A stretch of 40,937 nt of DNA from Albugo candida (lineage: Eukaryota), in assembly GCA_040437565.1 (NCBI GenBank), contig JBDOQK010000039.1:310001-350937 (forward strand), given 5' to 3'. The notes beneath the pieces were generated by a model. That model worked only from the letters and a program-made list of their open reading frames with translations. It ran no database searches and was not told the origin of the DNA. The first letter of the stretch is position 1. Each line of letters opens with the position of its first letter. The translations under genes were made by a program, and so were the position numbers. Shown in pieces: positions 13,589 to 25,748 of this stretch.

Positions 13589-13933
13589 ATGTCAGAACAA
13601 AAGTCTACCTCAAGCGGGCCCGAAGATATCGAGGATCCGTATGCGTTAGTCACTGAATATTTGGATCAACTGGAGGACTCGGAAATTAGTGAAGAAATGT
13701 CTCAGCTCTTACAGTGGATTGCACGAGAGGAAGCCAGGCGTCTCAGTCATTGTGATTCTCAGCGCCGCTACCGCGATAAAAAGCGATCTGAGCGAATTTT
13801 ATCCTTGAAGAACAAAGTTTCATTACTGCATGATATACAGAATCTTCTACAAGAAACCATGTCACTTCGAAAAGATAATACGTACTACCAAGAGCGAATC
13901 GAGCAAATAAGAAAACTTCTACTCAAAGGTTAA
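13589..13933 (+). CDS. Small bZIP transcription factor-like protein (114 aa) with atypical basic region HCDSQRRYR
   Basis: Basic region RRLSHCDSQRRYRDKK aligns to N-x7-R with His at the Asn position. It is followed by L/L/L/Y/I heptads with an Asn at an 'a' position. Homologous to 16318-16695. Confidence 0.8.
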   Translation: MSEQKSTSSGPEDIEDPYALVTEYLDQLEDSEISEEMSQLLQWIAREEARRLSHCDSQRRYRDKKRSERILSLKNKVSLLHDIQNLLQETMSLRKDNTYYQERIEQIRKLLLKG

Positions 13934-15148
13934 ACCAGCTGGTTAACTTCATTTTACATCTACTAAATAACTAATAGAGAAGTGATGCAGTATAATAATA
14001 CGTCAGATGTTTCTCGCTTGATTCATTCGCTCGTATGTGCATTTCTCAGACTGCTCAGAAGGGTGCGTCATTCGGGCAGACTTTCTATTGGATGTTGTCA
14101 TTGATCCATACCTACGAGACTCTTGCCAATTACATACAATATTGCGGGGGAGGGGAGAGGAGATAGATGAACGAGAGTGAAGAGTATTGGCGAGAGGAAC
14201 GCACTACCTCGTTCGTTTCAATGTGTACTTGGCATTTGGGTGCGCGTTTCTTATATAAGAGCTATGTACATGCGGTGACAGGATTCTGTCCACAGAGCCA
14301 ATCTTTTACCCGACAATTAAAAAAAACATAGCATCAGCGTAGAGGCAGATTCCTCCGAATTAGGATTTTTATAGCGCGTGATCATATTGATTCGAGATAA
14401 TCCGTACACAAATTGTTTTTCTTGATGACCTTCAATCCAATTGATGATTCACCCGGTCCAGTGTACTCGATGAAGCTCACTGATATGATTGTTTTATGTG
14501 AGTCTGCGCACAAATGTGTAAAAAATAACAAGCAGAGGGTGGTGACAGCCTATCCTCCTTTCCGATCACTGTATAGCTCCTTCCAATACAAGTGACGTGG
14601 CTCACTTTGGAACGAATAAATTCTTGATGGATTGACGCTATAAACTGATCTTGATGAAATCCCCCACTAAATGAATGTGAATTTGTGTACAGTCCGCGTT
14701 GCTAGNNNNNNNNNNNNNNNNNNNNNNNNNNNNNNNNNNNNNNNNNNNNNNNNNNNNNNNNNNNNNNNNNNNNNNNNNNNNNNNNNNNNNNNNNNNNNNN
14801 NNNNNCCGTATCAGTCGAATTTGTGATCAGGTGATGCTGAAACGGGTGCTACGCACACGTATTTTCTGCATCAACAAGCAATAAGTCTCTGAGCTGTGCC
14901 AGCACAAGATGTAGATAGTCGTCATCTCGGAATGTTTATGTACAAGTGAATATAGCGGCGATCACTGGTGTCACCAATGTCAGCAACGCGTACCAACGGC
15001 AAGACCAGATAGCTCTCTGGATAGAAGCATGTAACTTCTTTGACCCTCCGCGTTACTGCTTATATATTGCTTAAAGTTCGATCATAGCGGGAGAAAGTAC
15101 AATGCTTCATATATCATTATCCAACTGGCCGTCAATTGCAGGTTAAGG

Positions 15149-15493
15149 ATGTCAGAACAAAAGTCTACCTCAAGCGGGCCCGAAGATATCGAGGATCCGT
15201 ATGCGTTAGTCACTGAATATTTGGATCAACTGGAGGACTCGGAAATTAGTGAAGAAATGTCTCAGCTCTTACAGTGGATTGCACGAGAGGAAGCCAGGCG
15301 TCTCAGTCATTGTGATTCTCAGCGCCGCTACCGCGATAAAAAGCGATCTGAGCGAATTTTATCCTTGAAGAACAAAGTTTCATTACTGCATGATATACAG
15401 AATCTTCTACAAGAAACCATGTCACTTCGAAAAGATAATACGTACTACCAAGAGCGAATCGAGCAAATAAGAAAACTTCTACTCAAAGGTTAA
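15149..15493 (+). CDS. Identical copy of the 13589-13933 bZIP; probably the same locus assembled twice
   Basis: Same 114-aa translation; lies inside the gap-flanking duplicate. Confidence 0.45.
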   Translation: MSEQKSTSSGPEDIEDPYALVTEYLDQLEDSEISEEMSQLLQWIAREEARRLSHCDSQRRYRDKKRSERILSLKNKVSLLHDIQNLLQETMSLRKDNTYYQERIEQIRKLLLKG

Positions 15494-16317
15494 ACCAGCT
15501 GGTTAACTTCATTTTACATCTACTAAATAACTAATAGAGAAGTGATGCAGTATAATAATACGTCAGATGTTTCTCGCTTGATTCATTCGCTCGTATGTGC
15601 ATTTCTCAGACTGCTCAGAAGGGTGCGTCATTCGGGCAGACTTTCTATTGGATGTTGTCATTGATCCATACCTACGAGACTCTTGCCAATTACATACAAT
15701 ATTGCGGGGGAGGGGAGAGGAGATAGATGAACGAGAGTGAAGAGTATTGGCGAGAGGAACGCACTACCTCGTTCGTTTCAATGTGTACTTGGCATTTGGG
15801 TGCGCGTTTCTTATATAAGAGCTATGTACATGCGGTGACAGGATTCTGTCCACAGAGCCAATCTTTTACCCGACAATTAAAAAAAACATAGCATCAGCGT
15901 AGAGGCAGATTCCTCCGAATTAGGATTTTTATAGCGCGTGATCATATTGATTCGAGATAATCCGTACACAAATTGTTTTTCTTGATGACCTTCAATCCAA
16001 TTGATGATTCACCCGGTCCAGTGTACTCGATGAAGCTCACTGATATGATTGTTTTATGTGAGTCTGCGCACAAATGTGTAAAAAATAACAAGCAGAGGGT
16101 GGTGACAGCCTATCCTCCTTTCCGATCACTGTATAGCTCCTTCCAATACAAGTGACGTGGCTCACTTTGGAACGAATAAATTCTTGATGGATTGACGCTA
16201 TAAACTGATCTTGATGAAATCCCCCACTAAATGAATGTGAATTTGTGTACAGTCCGCGTTGCTAGTACCTCAAAAAGAGATCTTGAGGTGCTCTTTCGTA
16301 TTGCGAAACAAGATCCA

Positions 16318-16695
16318 TCATTCCATTATGGAGTTCATGGGATTGAAGAAGCGCGGAGGCTCTTTGTGTAATTCCGAAATCCGTCTTTCATACATTGCAT
16401 TTTCATACCGTAAGTAAACAGTTTCTTGGAGCACATCTCTATAATTTTGTAGCAGCACCAAGCTTCTCTGCAAAGCTACTATTCGCTTATGTAGTTTTCT
16501 TGCCCGATAGCGCCGTTGTGCGTGGCAATGTCGTAGCCTTTTGTGCTCCTCTTTCACCATGGAATCAAGAATGTGTGAAATCTCGCCACCACTGTCGTTA
16601 TCGTCTTGCTCATTGGGTAAGGGAGCGCAAAAGATTTCTTCTTCAGCAACCTGGTCGTTCGCGTCGGTTTCGACTCCAGAATTTCGGGTGGACAT
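16318..16695 (-). CDS. Small bZIP-like paralogue (125 aa) with basic region HCHAQRRYR
   Basis: KRLRHCHAQRRYRARK followed by a zipper; LQETVYLRYENAMYERRISEL aligns ungapped with LQETMSLRKDNTYYQERIEQI of the + strand paralogue. Confidence 0.8.
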   Translation of the reverse strand: MSTRNSGVETDANDQVAEEEIFCAPLPNEQDDNDSGGEISHILDSMVKEEHKRLRHCHAQRRYRARKLHKRIVALQRSLVLLQNYRDVLQETVYLRYENAMYERRISELHKEPPRFFNPMNSIME

Positions 16696-18196
16696 TCTGC
16701 TGATGATGCTAGAATACTAATGACTTTGACAAAATCCTGCGACGATATAATCCATGAAGTGATCGATTGATCATCCGAGACCTTGCGTGACTCGCATATG
16801 GGCAACAGGTCCTGTTATCATAGTCAGGTGATCATCATATCACATTGCTTTGAGCAGAAAGTCACGGATCGAACGTGCAGAAAACGCCCAGCCTGGTCAT
16901 TTTGTGATGGCATACAGCAGGATACAGTAAGTCACGTTGGCATAATTGCTGCTGGGAAATTCGCCAGTGTGCAATGGCTTTTTCTAATTCCAGATTAACT
17001 AATACCCACCAACTTATTCTTAAATTAGATTTGTTNNNNNNNNNNNNNNNNNNNNNNNNNNNNNNNNNNNNNNNNNNNNNNNNNNNNNNNNNNNNNNNNN
17101 NNNNNNNNNNNNNNNNNNNNNNNNNNNNNNNNNNNGCTTGTTTTCTACAATTTCAGCGTGTGATCCATAAATCCTAGTAGGTTGGCAAGAGGACAATATC
17201 GCTGATAGAACGACGACCTTTCTGCCAACCGAGAACTTAACAAGACCCTCGAATCGAAAATCCATAAATCGCGCTATAGGGGGATATAATTATGTACGTT
17301 CTACTCTTTTACAGCATATGCTGCCACCACCATGGCTCAATCGAGTTGAATAAGGATAATAATAACTAATGCAAATTCTTTATCCGGATGAATGTGGAAA
17401 GAGCGCGATATTTGGCATATGGATAGCAGGGTTACACGGCCCGGCCACAATTACCGATTATGATGGGCCACCTACTATTACCAAGTAAGCAAAGGATTGC
17501 AAAATACCATTAGACTAAGTGACAACAGAGCCGATGCGATTTGACGAGATAGGTTGACAGTATGGATCATTCCAAAATCAATAAATTCATAGCGAATTGC
17601 ATGTTTGAGGCGAATGACCTTCCCTCGAATTCCTTTATCTGGAAATTGCCTGGCTGGGAGGTTTGCATCCCATCAGTATTGTAGCAACGGATTATTTGAC
17701 TTATAGCTTGCGGGTCCTATGGATATCACTCGATTTTTCTGGGAAATGAGTATCGAGAAGCTTTTTTCTCAAACCACAAGAGTGTAAAGATCTTCTACGA
17801 AATCTCTAATGCAACTGCTGCATCTAAAAATCAATTACAGCAAGAAATAGGCATAGAGATGGGAAAAAGGAATATAATGCAAAACTTTTTCCCAAATAAG
17901 CGTATTATTCACGCGTTCAGGTCAATGACGGGAAGCATTGCTAGTCGGTGCCACTACTTGAAGTTCGACATATTCTCTGCAGCTAGATTGCTTTCAAGAC
18001 ACTTATACCAATGTTGTAAGAGTTCATTTATCATTCATACTAGCTTCAACTGCTTCTACAAAAGCTTTTTAACAACTCAATGAATCTGGGGCACGAGTTC
18101 CGGATTCACCGGATTGATGTATTTGCTGTCAGTCATATTTTCTGCAAAACATTCGCCAGATACGGTAGTACTCAAGCTACACTTAACTCTAAGAAA

Positions 18197-21057
18197 ATGT
18201 CAGAATTGGCTCGAAATTCGACGTCAAATGTCCTCTATGTTATCCAGCAGAGGCTGTCAAGCATCACAGACTCCCATTTACAATCAAAAGTTCTACTTGA
18301 TTACAGTGAATTATCACTCTCGCCAACAGTACCCACCAGTCAAGTTATCGACTTTTTGTTTTCATTTCTGGAGCAACATAATCAGAAGTCCATAGATACA
18401 ACGTGTGCGTATACAAGCTTATCTCTGACATAAAGTATTTTCACAGACTCAATATTTATTTTGAAAGCTCAAACGGAAGTGGAAACCATTCCGAGAAAGG
18501 CATTGGCGGGTATCACTTGTGACTTCCAATAGATACGCCACAAACCTTACTGACGCAGGTTGTTGAGAATTTTAGGCAAGAAGAACAATCAGGCAGAAGT
18601 GGTTATCGTGTACTCTATTTTGAAAGGATTACATGACATTCTCCAAGTAAAACCCGTGATCGTGAAACCAATGATTCAGGTTGAAGGAATGAAAACACAG
18701 CTGACAAGATGTTATAGCACATCTGAGGATTTCAAATTACGTTCTGAGACCTTGAAGATTGTACTGGATTGCTTGATGATAAGCAAACGAGAAGAAGAAG
18801 CACTGGAATTGGCATTACAATGTATGAGAGATTCCAGTCACCACCAGCATGAGATTGCTCTGCATGGGTTACTCAGATTGCTTGATGACGGTTACTGCCT
18901 TAATTCACATATCGAACAGACATTGGAAGCTGTGGCCATCTTACTTCATTCGAGAGAAAGCTCCAACCTGCAGATTATGGCCGCCCAAGTATTGATTGCA
19001 ATTGCCGAACAAAATCCAATGTCAGATATCAAACTGGCTATTTTGGAACAACACAAACCTCTCCCCGTGCCGGATGCAGTATTTCTACTGTTCGGACAAG
19101 GCCTTATCTCGATGTCGCCTATATCTCGCGCCTATATTGCGATTGCCGTTGCGACCATTGCAGACCTGATTAGCACTGGTGTTATTGAGGATTCCCTCCA
19201 ACGATCTCAGATTGATGAACGCGTTCACGATGATGGGATTGATACCTTGTTGCTGACTACGACAGGAAGCATGTTGACACTTCTCGAAGATCCGTCTGAC
19301 TTTGTTGCTGCTAAAGCTTCATATGCGGTTGGAAGATTGCTAACAAATTCAGACTGTAGTATTCGAGTCGTTGATCGATCGATAAAAAGTTTTTTTGAAG
19401 TGTTTGCTCGAGCCGCTTCTGGATCTTCAGATCAAGTAAACATTGGGATGGTTCTGGCCGCCCTGAAACAAGTACTAGTTTATCGAAATAATCGATTGAA
19501 ACTCACATACCTTCTGAAAATTGATCAAGTAAGACTTTTGTGCCGCTGATACTGATCTGAGTCTTCCCATTATTACAATTTGCACCTTTCAGATGACTTG
19601 TATCTTGTCATCTCTACCGGTTCCAAACATACAGCTTTTTGAGCTCCTCAGCTCGATACTTCAACTTTGTGATGTGATCAAAGGAGATGAATTGGATCGA
19701 CTGGTACTCAATCGAATCAGAATGCAGAGACATTGGCTTTTTGAAGATCTCGACCAAGAATTATTTGTAAGTCATGACGAGCAAGCATCTCTAATACGGA
19801 ACGTTCAAGCTTGGCATCGATTATTCGTCGAACACATTTGCCAGTCACCAGATGATGTTGCTAAATTGGGATCGTTCATGTGGCGAAGTGCTGAAATTTG
19901 CGATTCTCTATTACCTGCACCGGAACTATCCCTCTTGGTGTGTCATATAGCTGCCAAGAATACGCTACCTCAAGTAATCTGATAATTCATTATGATAGAA
20001 AAACTTATTCCGGCAGGAGAACGTTGTTTGCAGCTTTTTGCAGAGCGGAAAACTGCTTGATGCCCTCGACTCAAGATTATCCAAATTTAAAAAGGATGCG
20101 TCGTCATTCAAACCGTTTACATTGGTCGACTGGCAATCCGATGTGAGCGAAGACATTCCATACCTGGGGATAGATTGCATAAAGCAACTATTTCGACATT
20201 GTCGACCGCTAGCTGAGGCATGCAAATATTTCTATGTCAAGTCTGCTCTGGATAATCTGAAGTCTCGAACTACGTTGCTACAGGTAGAACATCTGTGACA
20301 ATGGTGCAATCACTAGCTTTATATACATTGATAGATGTATGGACAATGCTGTTTACTTATTGAAATGAGTAACTTCATCGAAGTTACCTCACTCGAACAA
20401 TTAGTTTCTGGAATCAAAAAGGCACGGGCTATACAGTCATGGCAAAAATCCGTTGTAGGAGACAAATTCGACTTGGACGACGCACGTGCTGGTATACAGC
20501 ACTTGATCACGTACATGAGCATCCTTCCCAGCAATTCACCGGAAGCACATATTCTTTGGCCTCTTGAAAAGCAGCAGGAATCGTTCGACACCCTTGCCCC
20601 TTATTTGCACCAAATGGAGGTTTCTTTCGTTATGAGGAACGTTCACGATGTCTCTCGTGTGTACATCAAGGTAGTTTGGTGAATTACCCCGAAATAGGAT
20701 ATCGAGAACGCTTACTGCTACTTCCAGGCTCAGCTTTGGGATGGGACCACTCAGTATCACAAAATTTCTCGAAATGCTTATCATTGGTATAAGCTCGATT
20801 CTTGCAAAGCTCAGTACTCAATCAGTTTCCCAGTCTCACAATCAGCGGATCCGGTGTGTGTAAAAATAATCGTTTGCATTCATCATCCAATCGGCTTTCT
20901 TACACCAGATGAGGTCAGTTAGCCATTAAACGTCCGGACAATGCGTGTATTTTGCCATTTACTGTTTCTGATTTAGGAAGAAGATCAATTCAATTTTTCC
21001 GATCTTGTACCGATATCGGTAGAAGTGAAATTTTTCTTGAAACAGAGACACAAATGA
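18197..21057 (+). CDS. INTS4: Integrator complex subunit 4-like HEAT-repeat protein; exons ~18197-18402, 18447-18509, 18559-19528, 19593-19973, 20017-20283, 20335-20670, 20728-20913, 20977-21057 (~829 aa)
   Basis: Seven GT-AG introns of 43-64 nt link the ORFs in frame. ALHGLLRLLDDG, PDAVFLLFGQGL...IEDSLQR and TGSMLTLLEDPSDFVAAKA match INTS4 blocks as I recall them (AIKAMLQLHERG, DDAFGKIC...LEQTLDKK, GAFVHGLEDEMYEVRIAA) in the same order, followed by a beta-rich C-terminus. The start codon and first two introns are least certain. Confidence 0.72.
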
Positions 21058-23136
21058 ATCAATAACTCGGCGGTCTAGATGAATGTAGATACCAATGCTT
21101 TTTTTTGAACTGTAAATTTATCGTAATTTACACATTTACTACATAGAATCCGCTAAGACTCATGAACATGCTCCCGAATCGTGAACTCTAAGGAGCGTAA
21201 ACATAAAGCGCATATAATAAATGCAAGTCTCCTTGGCTAGAGAAGTTTAAAATCAACTCAGCGGTATCAAAGTAACAAAACTTTGTCTATAACAAGCTAA
21301 ACAGATTCGTCTGCACATCGCACCGCGTTAGGGATTGGATACGTAAGCTACTGACCCTACGCATAGGAATCTTTTGGCAACATGCACTTGGTATGCGATC
21401 AGTGGCTGACAAATTCGCGCTGCGTCACTAATTCCCTCCATTCTGGCATGACCACACCACTTACCAACTCAAGCCATCATCTGTTGTGCTTCGAGATTCG
21501 CCAACTCTCTCTACTAGAAGCCAGGTCAAGTACAAAGCCAAGTTCTCTTCTCTCAATCTAATTATGTCGTCGTTGCTATTACATGATGATAACGTAGTGA
21601 CCACCAGCATCTATCGGAATGCTGAGTGGATGCATGCCGAACTAATGATATTGACTGTCTCATTGATGTGATGAGCGGAAAAAGCATGCGGCTCTAAGCA
21701 AGCCTCTTTGCTACAATAAGCTGAATGTACTCATTTACTTTTTTGCGAGGTAAACAGGTTTTGAGTAGAATGCATGTAGCGCGCCGTGAGGATCACGTTT
21801 ACCAGCTTGATCTGTGTAATGAGTTTTTCGTACAAATGCGGCCACGTCAGAACGACAGGATTTCCACAGAGCACTCCAGATGAAAGCTTGATCGTTTCTT
21901 TGACTTGTCCGTGCTCCGATATAAGGTGCAATATCTTGCAGACAAAAGATAGGAGATTGCTTATCGATTTCTAACAAGAAGAGATTTAAATAGGTTCCAG
22001 CAAGAAAAGTAAAGGAATATCCAGAAGAAATCAAGTAAGATATCAGACCAATCCAGCAAGGTACTCTCCTTGATTATAAACCGAGATTTCTCCTCTATAA
22101 GTTTCATTTCGCGTGAAACTTTGCATTGCTGTCATTTCAGGCTCGGTGTTTTCTTATTTAGCCGGTGAAGTTGGTACATCTCCGACCAGGAGACTCGCTT
22201 GTTCCCGGCTGTTTTTGGCGTCGTCTCAACCAAACCATGGCACCGATGCTTCCTATTGAGGTTTATCGGGCTTGAGACGGCCGTCCATAATTCGTACACC
22301 TTACTTGTCTCCGTTTGCATACATGATGTAGCCTCTCAATCTTGTGATACCCCCCTAGGCCTTAAGCAAGAACTTACTTGTGATGGATACTTCATACGAC
22401 ATAATGCCTCTTCAGATTGTTTTCACGACAAAAGCGCCTTGTCATATTCGTTTTATTCCATGACGATGAAGTGCGATCAAGAACGGGTTCAATTGGATCG
22501 TTCGTATAGGGTGTAGTGAATCAGCTGTAATCATTCCGTCGAAGATGTGTCTGGAGCACAAGGTAATTGTACCTCACTTCTGGCCGCTTTTCGATACGTA
22601 AGGGTGCTGCATAGGATTCCATCCTTCATCGAAATAGGCTTTGTCGGGACCAATTTCTGCCAGGATCAATTCATTCATCCAATATGGAGCGGTCACGAAG
22701 ACTCGATTAGCGACTATGGGTTGAGTTGATTTCAAACTGCTTATCATCTTCGAATTCTGCTTTCTAGCACTCGGTGGTTGAATCAGTCGCCGTTGTCTAC
22801 GTCAGTTGGTAAGCACACAAAGGTTTCTTATATCTTGAGGCCGAACATCATGAAGGCTTTGCTTATACTACATCACGGTACAGTTTTTCTCTCCGGAGCT
22901 CTAGCCTAAAGTTTCTTTGGTGCTCCGTCGACTTCTCTAGTGATATGCGCTTTCATTAAGGATACTTTAAGATAGTTTCGAACCACGGTTTGTACTGATC
23001 TTTATTGTCTGTTTGCCAACTACCTCTACGCCAGCAAAGGATATTCTTTGAGAAGTGGTCAGAGCGCGACTTTTTTTCGAATAGATAGATTTTCAGCCTA
23101 CAGCATGCAAAGATGGGAGCTGATACAAGTAGTTTG

Positions 23137-23382
23137 TTTTAAGCACTTTAGATAAAATTTGGTAGTAAAAAACAAAGTACGATATATTAGATGCAGGAGG
23201 TCCTTACTTNNNNNNNNNNNNNNNNNNNNNNNNNNNNNNNNNNNNNNNNNNNNNNNNNNNNNNNNNNNNNNNNNNNNNNNNNNNNNNNNNNNNNNNNNNN
23301 NNNNNNNNNACGATATATTAGATGCAGGAGGTCCTTACTTCACTTTACCACCTAGTCTGGTTCAGGGACATCAGCTTCACCA
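23137..23382 (-). mobile_element. Solo LTR of the Copia family at 34158-38610; ~115 bp after collapsing the gap, with an ~82-bp internal deletion and 5-bp TSD GTTTG
   Basis: CACTTTAGATAAAATTTGG, GGAGGTCCTTA and TGGTTCAGGGACATCAGCTTCA match the LTRs. GTTTG occurs at 23132-23136 and 23383-23387. A 31-bp overlap (23179-23209 = 23310-23340) spans the N gap. Confidence 0.85.
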
Positions 23383-24739
23383 GTTTGACATCTCATTTTG
23401 GAGGACTGTACATTAATCTCGGCATTCAAAGATAACCCCTCGAAGACAATGCGACTATCTCAAGATGTCAGAAACACTTCCGGAGAATTTGTTATACGCT
23501 CTCTACTTTATGTACAACAAACGGAATTATACGAATCAACAGCCAGAGAGTTGCTGGAGTAAGTTCTCATCATGCTTCGGGAAGCGCGTGCTGCAGGCGA
23601 TACAGCTCATCAACTCATATTTCTTTATATCCACTTATTGAATTTTGTGTATGCATGGTGCACCGTGATGACCACCACCTACTCCTACTTCCAAGATAGA
23701 GCGTAGCGCTGAGCCTTCTGAAAGTTTGTGTAACAACTTACCTCCGCTGACTTTCATAAAAGCTCAATCGACCACGCTCAAAGGAATTGACCGTTAGTGT
23801 TGTGACCTTTGCTGGTAGCTTATTCTAATGCAGAAATTCGTGTCAGGCTATCAAGGGCATCAACTGCTTCAGAGAACACGCATGCGTGGTGATTCGATGT
23901 CGAGGACAAATCCGTTCCATCTAGTACTACTTATTGACGTCATTTCAGTGCAAAGCGTCCTCTACTTTATTTCGTTAGTCTCCTCACCCCGCTGCGCTGT
24001 AAACAAAAAGAAAAAGCAGAAATATTGATGCTGCAGATTTACAAAGTACTTGAGCAATGCCAATGCTTCATTTCGCTCGCGTGTCAGTTCGAATCCAAAA
24101 TCTTTTTCTGTTTGTTATAGAAACTGCAGTGGATGTTTCCAGAATAGCTTTTTGCGTTGTTTAATATTATAGAGCTTCCTTCCAGTTCGATATGCCATTC
24201 TCCCTAGTGATGGCGGAAAGTTCTGGAGTTCACGCACTAGAACCTGCGTGCGGTCCAGGACAATAGCATAAGCGTTGCGGCTAAAGCGGCAGTCACAATG
24301 ATTTGCTTCTATCGCACCACTTTACTTTCCACGAAGTGAAACATCCGAAATGAAAATTTTCAACACAACAATCATTGTGTGTATGTCCAAGCTGTCAAGT
24401 GGGGGTGTTTACTCGCGTGAAATACTGGTGCTAACTTATCGGCGAATTTACTGTGCTTCGAAGTTGGCTGGTACAATGAAGACAGTACATTATATATTCG
24501 ACTAATTCCGCTTATGTCACACACAACGCCAATGATGCAAAATGGTGTTGTTGGTTCTGGTTCTACGGCGACAGTTTCCGGACATTTCTATCCTCCGTTT
24601 TGATTCTTTCTATTACAGCATACATGAGTTCAGGTAACTGTCCATGGGTTAGGAGATCGCGTATTATAATGGATAGATACGGTGCATCCCCACATTGACA
24701 TGGAGCTAATAATGCAAGCATCGGTGAAGCACACTTCAA

Positions 24740-25513
24740 CTTCACAGGTATAACGAAATGGTATGCCAGTGCCAACGATTGCCTTGTACGTACTGATTCC
24801 GGTATCAATGGCCCATTCATCATGCAACCGTCGTACAGGTCCAAACACATCAATCCTGCCGCTACGACACCATCACGATCGTGTCCTGGCTTACGAACCT
24901 CAAGCTACTTGCCTCCTCCAAAACACCTAAGATTCCTACAGTGATATGTCCGAGGGAAGTATTCTGTCACAAACGCGACCAAGTTCGTTGTAGAATTCTC
25001 TTTGACGAAATTACAGAATCAATATGACAACACTTGTACCCACCATTACATTAAACATGACAACTGTACCGTCCATNNNNNNNNNNNNNNNNNNNNNNNN
25101 NNNNNNNNNNNNNNNNNNNNNNNNNNNNNNNNNNNNNNNNNNNNNNNNNNNNNNNNNNNNNNNNNNNNNNNNNNNNCTTCACAGGTATAACGAAATGGTA
25201 TGCCAGTGCCAACGATTGCCTTGTACGTACTGATTCCGGTATCAATGGCCCATTCATCATGCAACCGTCGTACAGGTCCAAACACATCAATCCTGCCGCT
25301 ACGACACCATCACGATCGTGTCCTGGCTTACGAACCTCAAGCTACTTGCCTCCTCCAAAACACCTAAGATTCCTACAGTGATATGTCCGAGGGAAGTATT
25401 CTGTCACAAACGCGACCAAGTTCGTTGTAGAATTCTCTTTGACGAAATTACAGAATCAATATGACAACACTTGTACCCACCATTACATTAAACATGACAA
25501 CTGTACCGTCCAT
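24740..25513. repeat. Exact 337-bp direct duplicate flanking a 100-N gap (24740-25076 = 25177-25513); probable contig-overlap artefact
   Basis: Identical copies abut the gap, and the left contig ends inside the minisatellite. Confidence 0.85.
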
Positions 25514-25652
25514 CACATAAACAAGATGACAATTGGACCCTCCATTACGTAATAACATGACAATTGGACCCTCCATTACGTAATAACATGACAACTGGAC
25601 CCTCCATTACATAATAACATGACAATTGGACCCACCACATACAAATGACAAG
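25461..25652. repeat. Minisatellite of ~6 units plus a partial, 31-33 bp, consensus ATGACAATTGGACCCTCCATTACRTAATAAC
   Basis: ATGACAA starts at 25461, 25494, 25526, 25557, 25588, 25619 and 25645; the central units are nearly identical. Confidence 0.9.
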
Positions 25653-25731
25653 TAAGTTTTTGATGGAATGCTCGGTTCCAGTTACAATAGCACGTTACAT
25701 CGATCAATCGTGCCTAGTGACATTCCATCGT

Positions 25732-25748
25732 ACTCATTTCGCAATTCT
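25732..25748 (+). promoter_or_regulatory. Oomycete INR+FPR core promoter element
   Basis: ACTCATTTCGCAATTCT fits the oomycete TCATTYY-N-CAWTTY initiator/flanking motif and sits immediately upstream of the phosphatase ATG at 25751. Confidence 0.6.

Larger units (their letters stand above)
13246..16265. repeat. Exact 1460-bp direct duplicate flanking a 100-N gap (13246-14705 = 14806-16265); probable contig-overlap artefact
   Basis: Identical by eye, including non-coding DNA, and both copies abut the gap at 14706-14805. Confidence 0.85.

Noticed and set aside
15149-15493. Recent bZIP gene duplication as a biological event
   Set aside because: Perfect identity and gap-abutting geometry, repeated at three other gaps, favour an assembly artefact.
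24040-24105. tRNA gene suggested by GTTCGAATCC
   Set aside because: No pairing T-stem, acceptor stem or A-box could be built.
25461-25652. CRISPR-like array
   Set aside because: Units are head-to-tail without unique spacers, the context is eukaryotic, and there are no cas genes.
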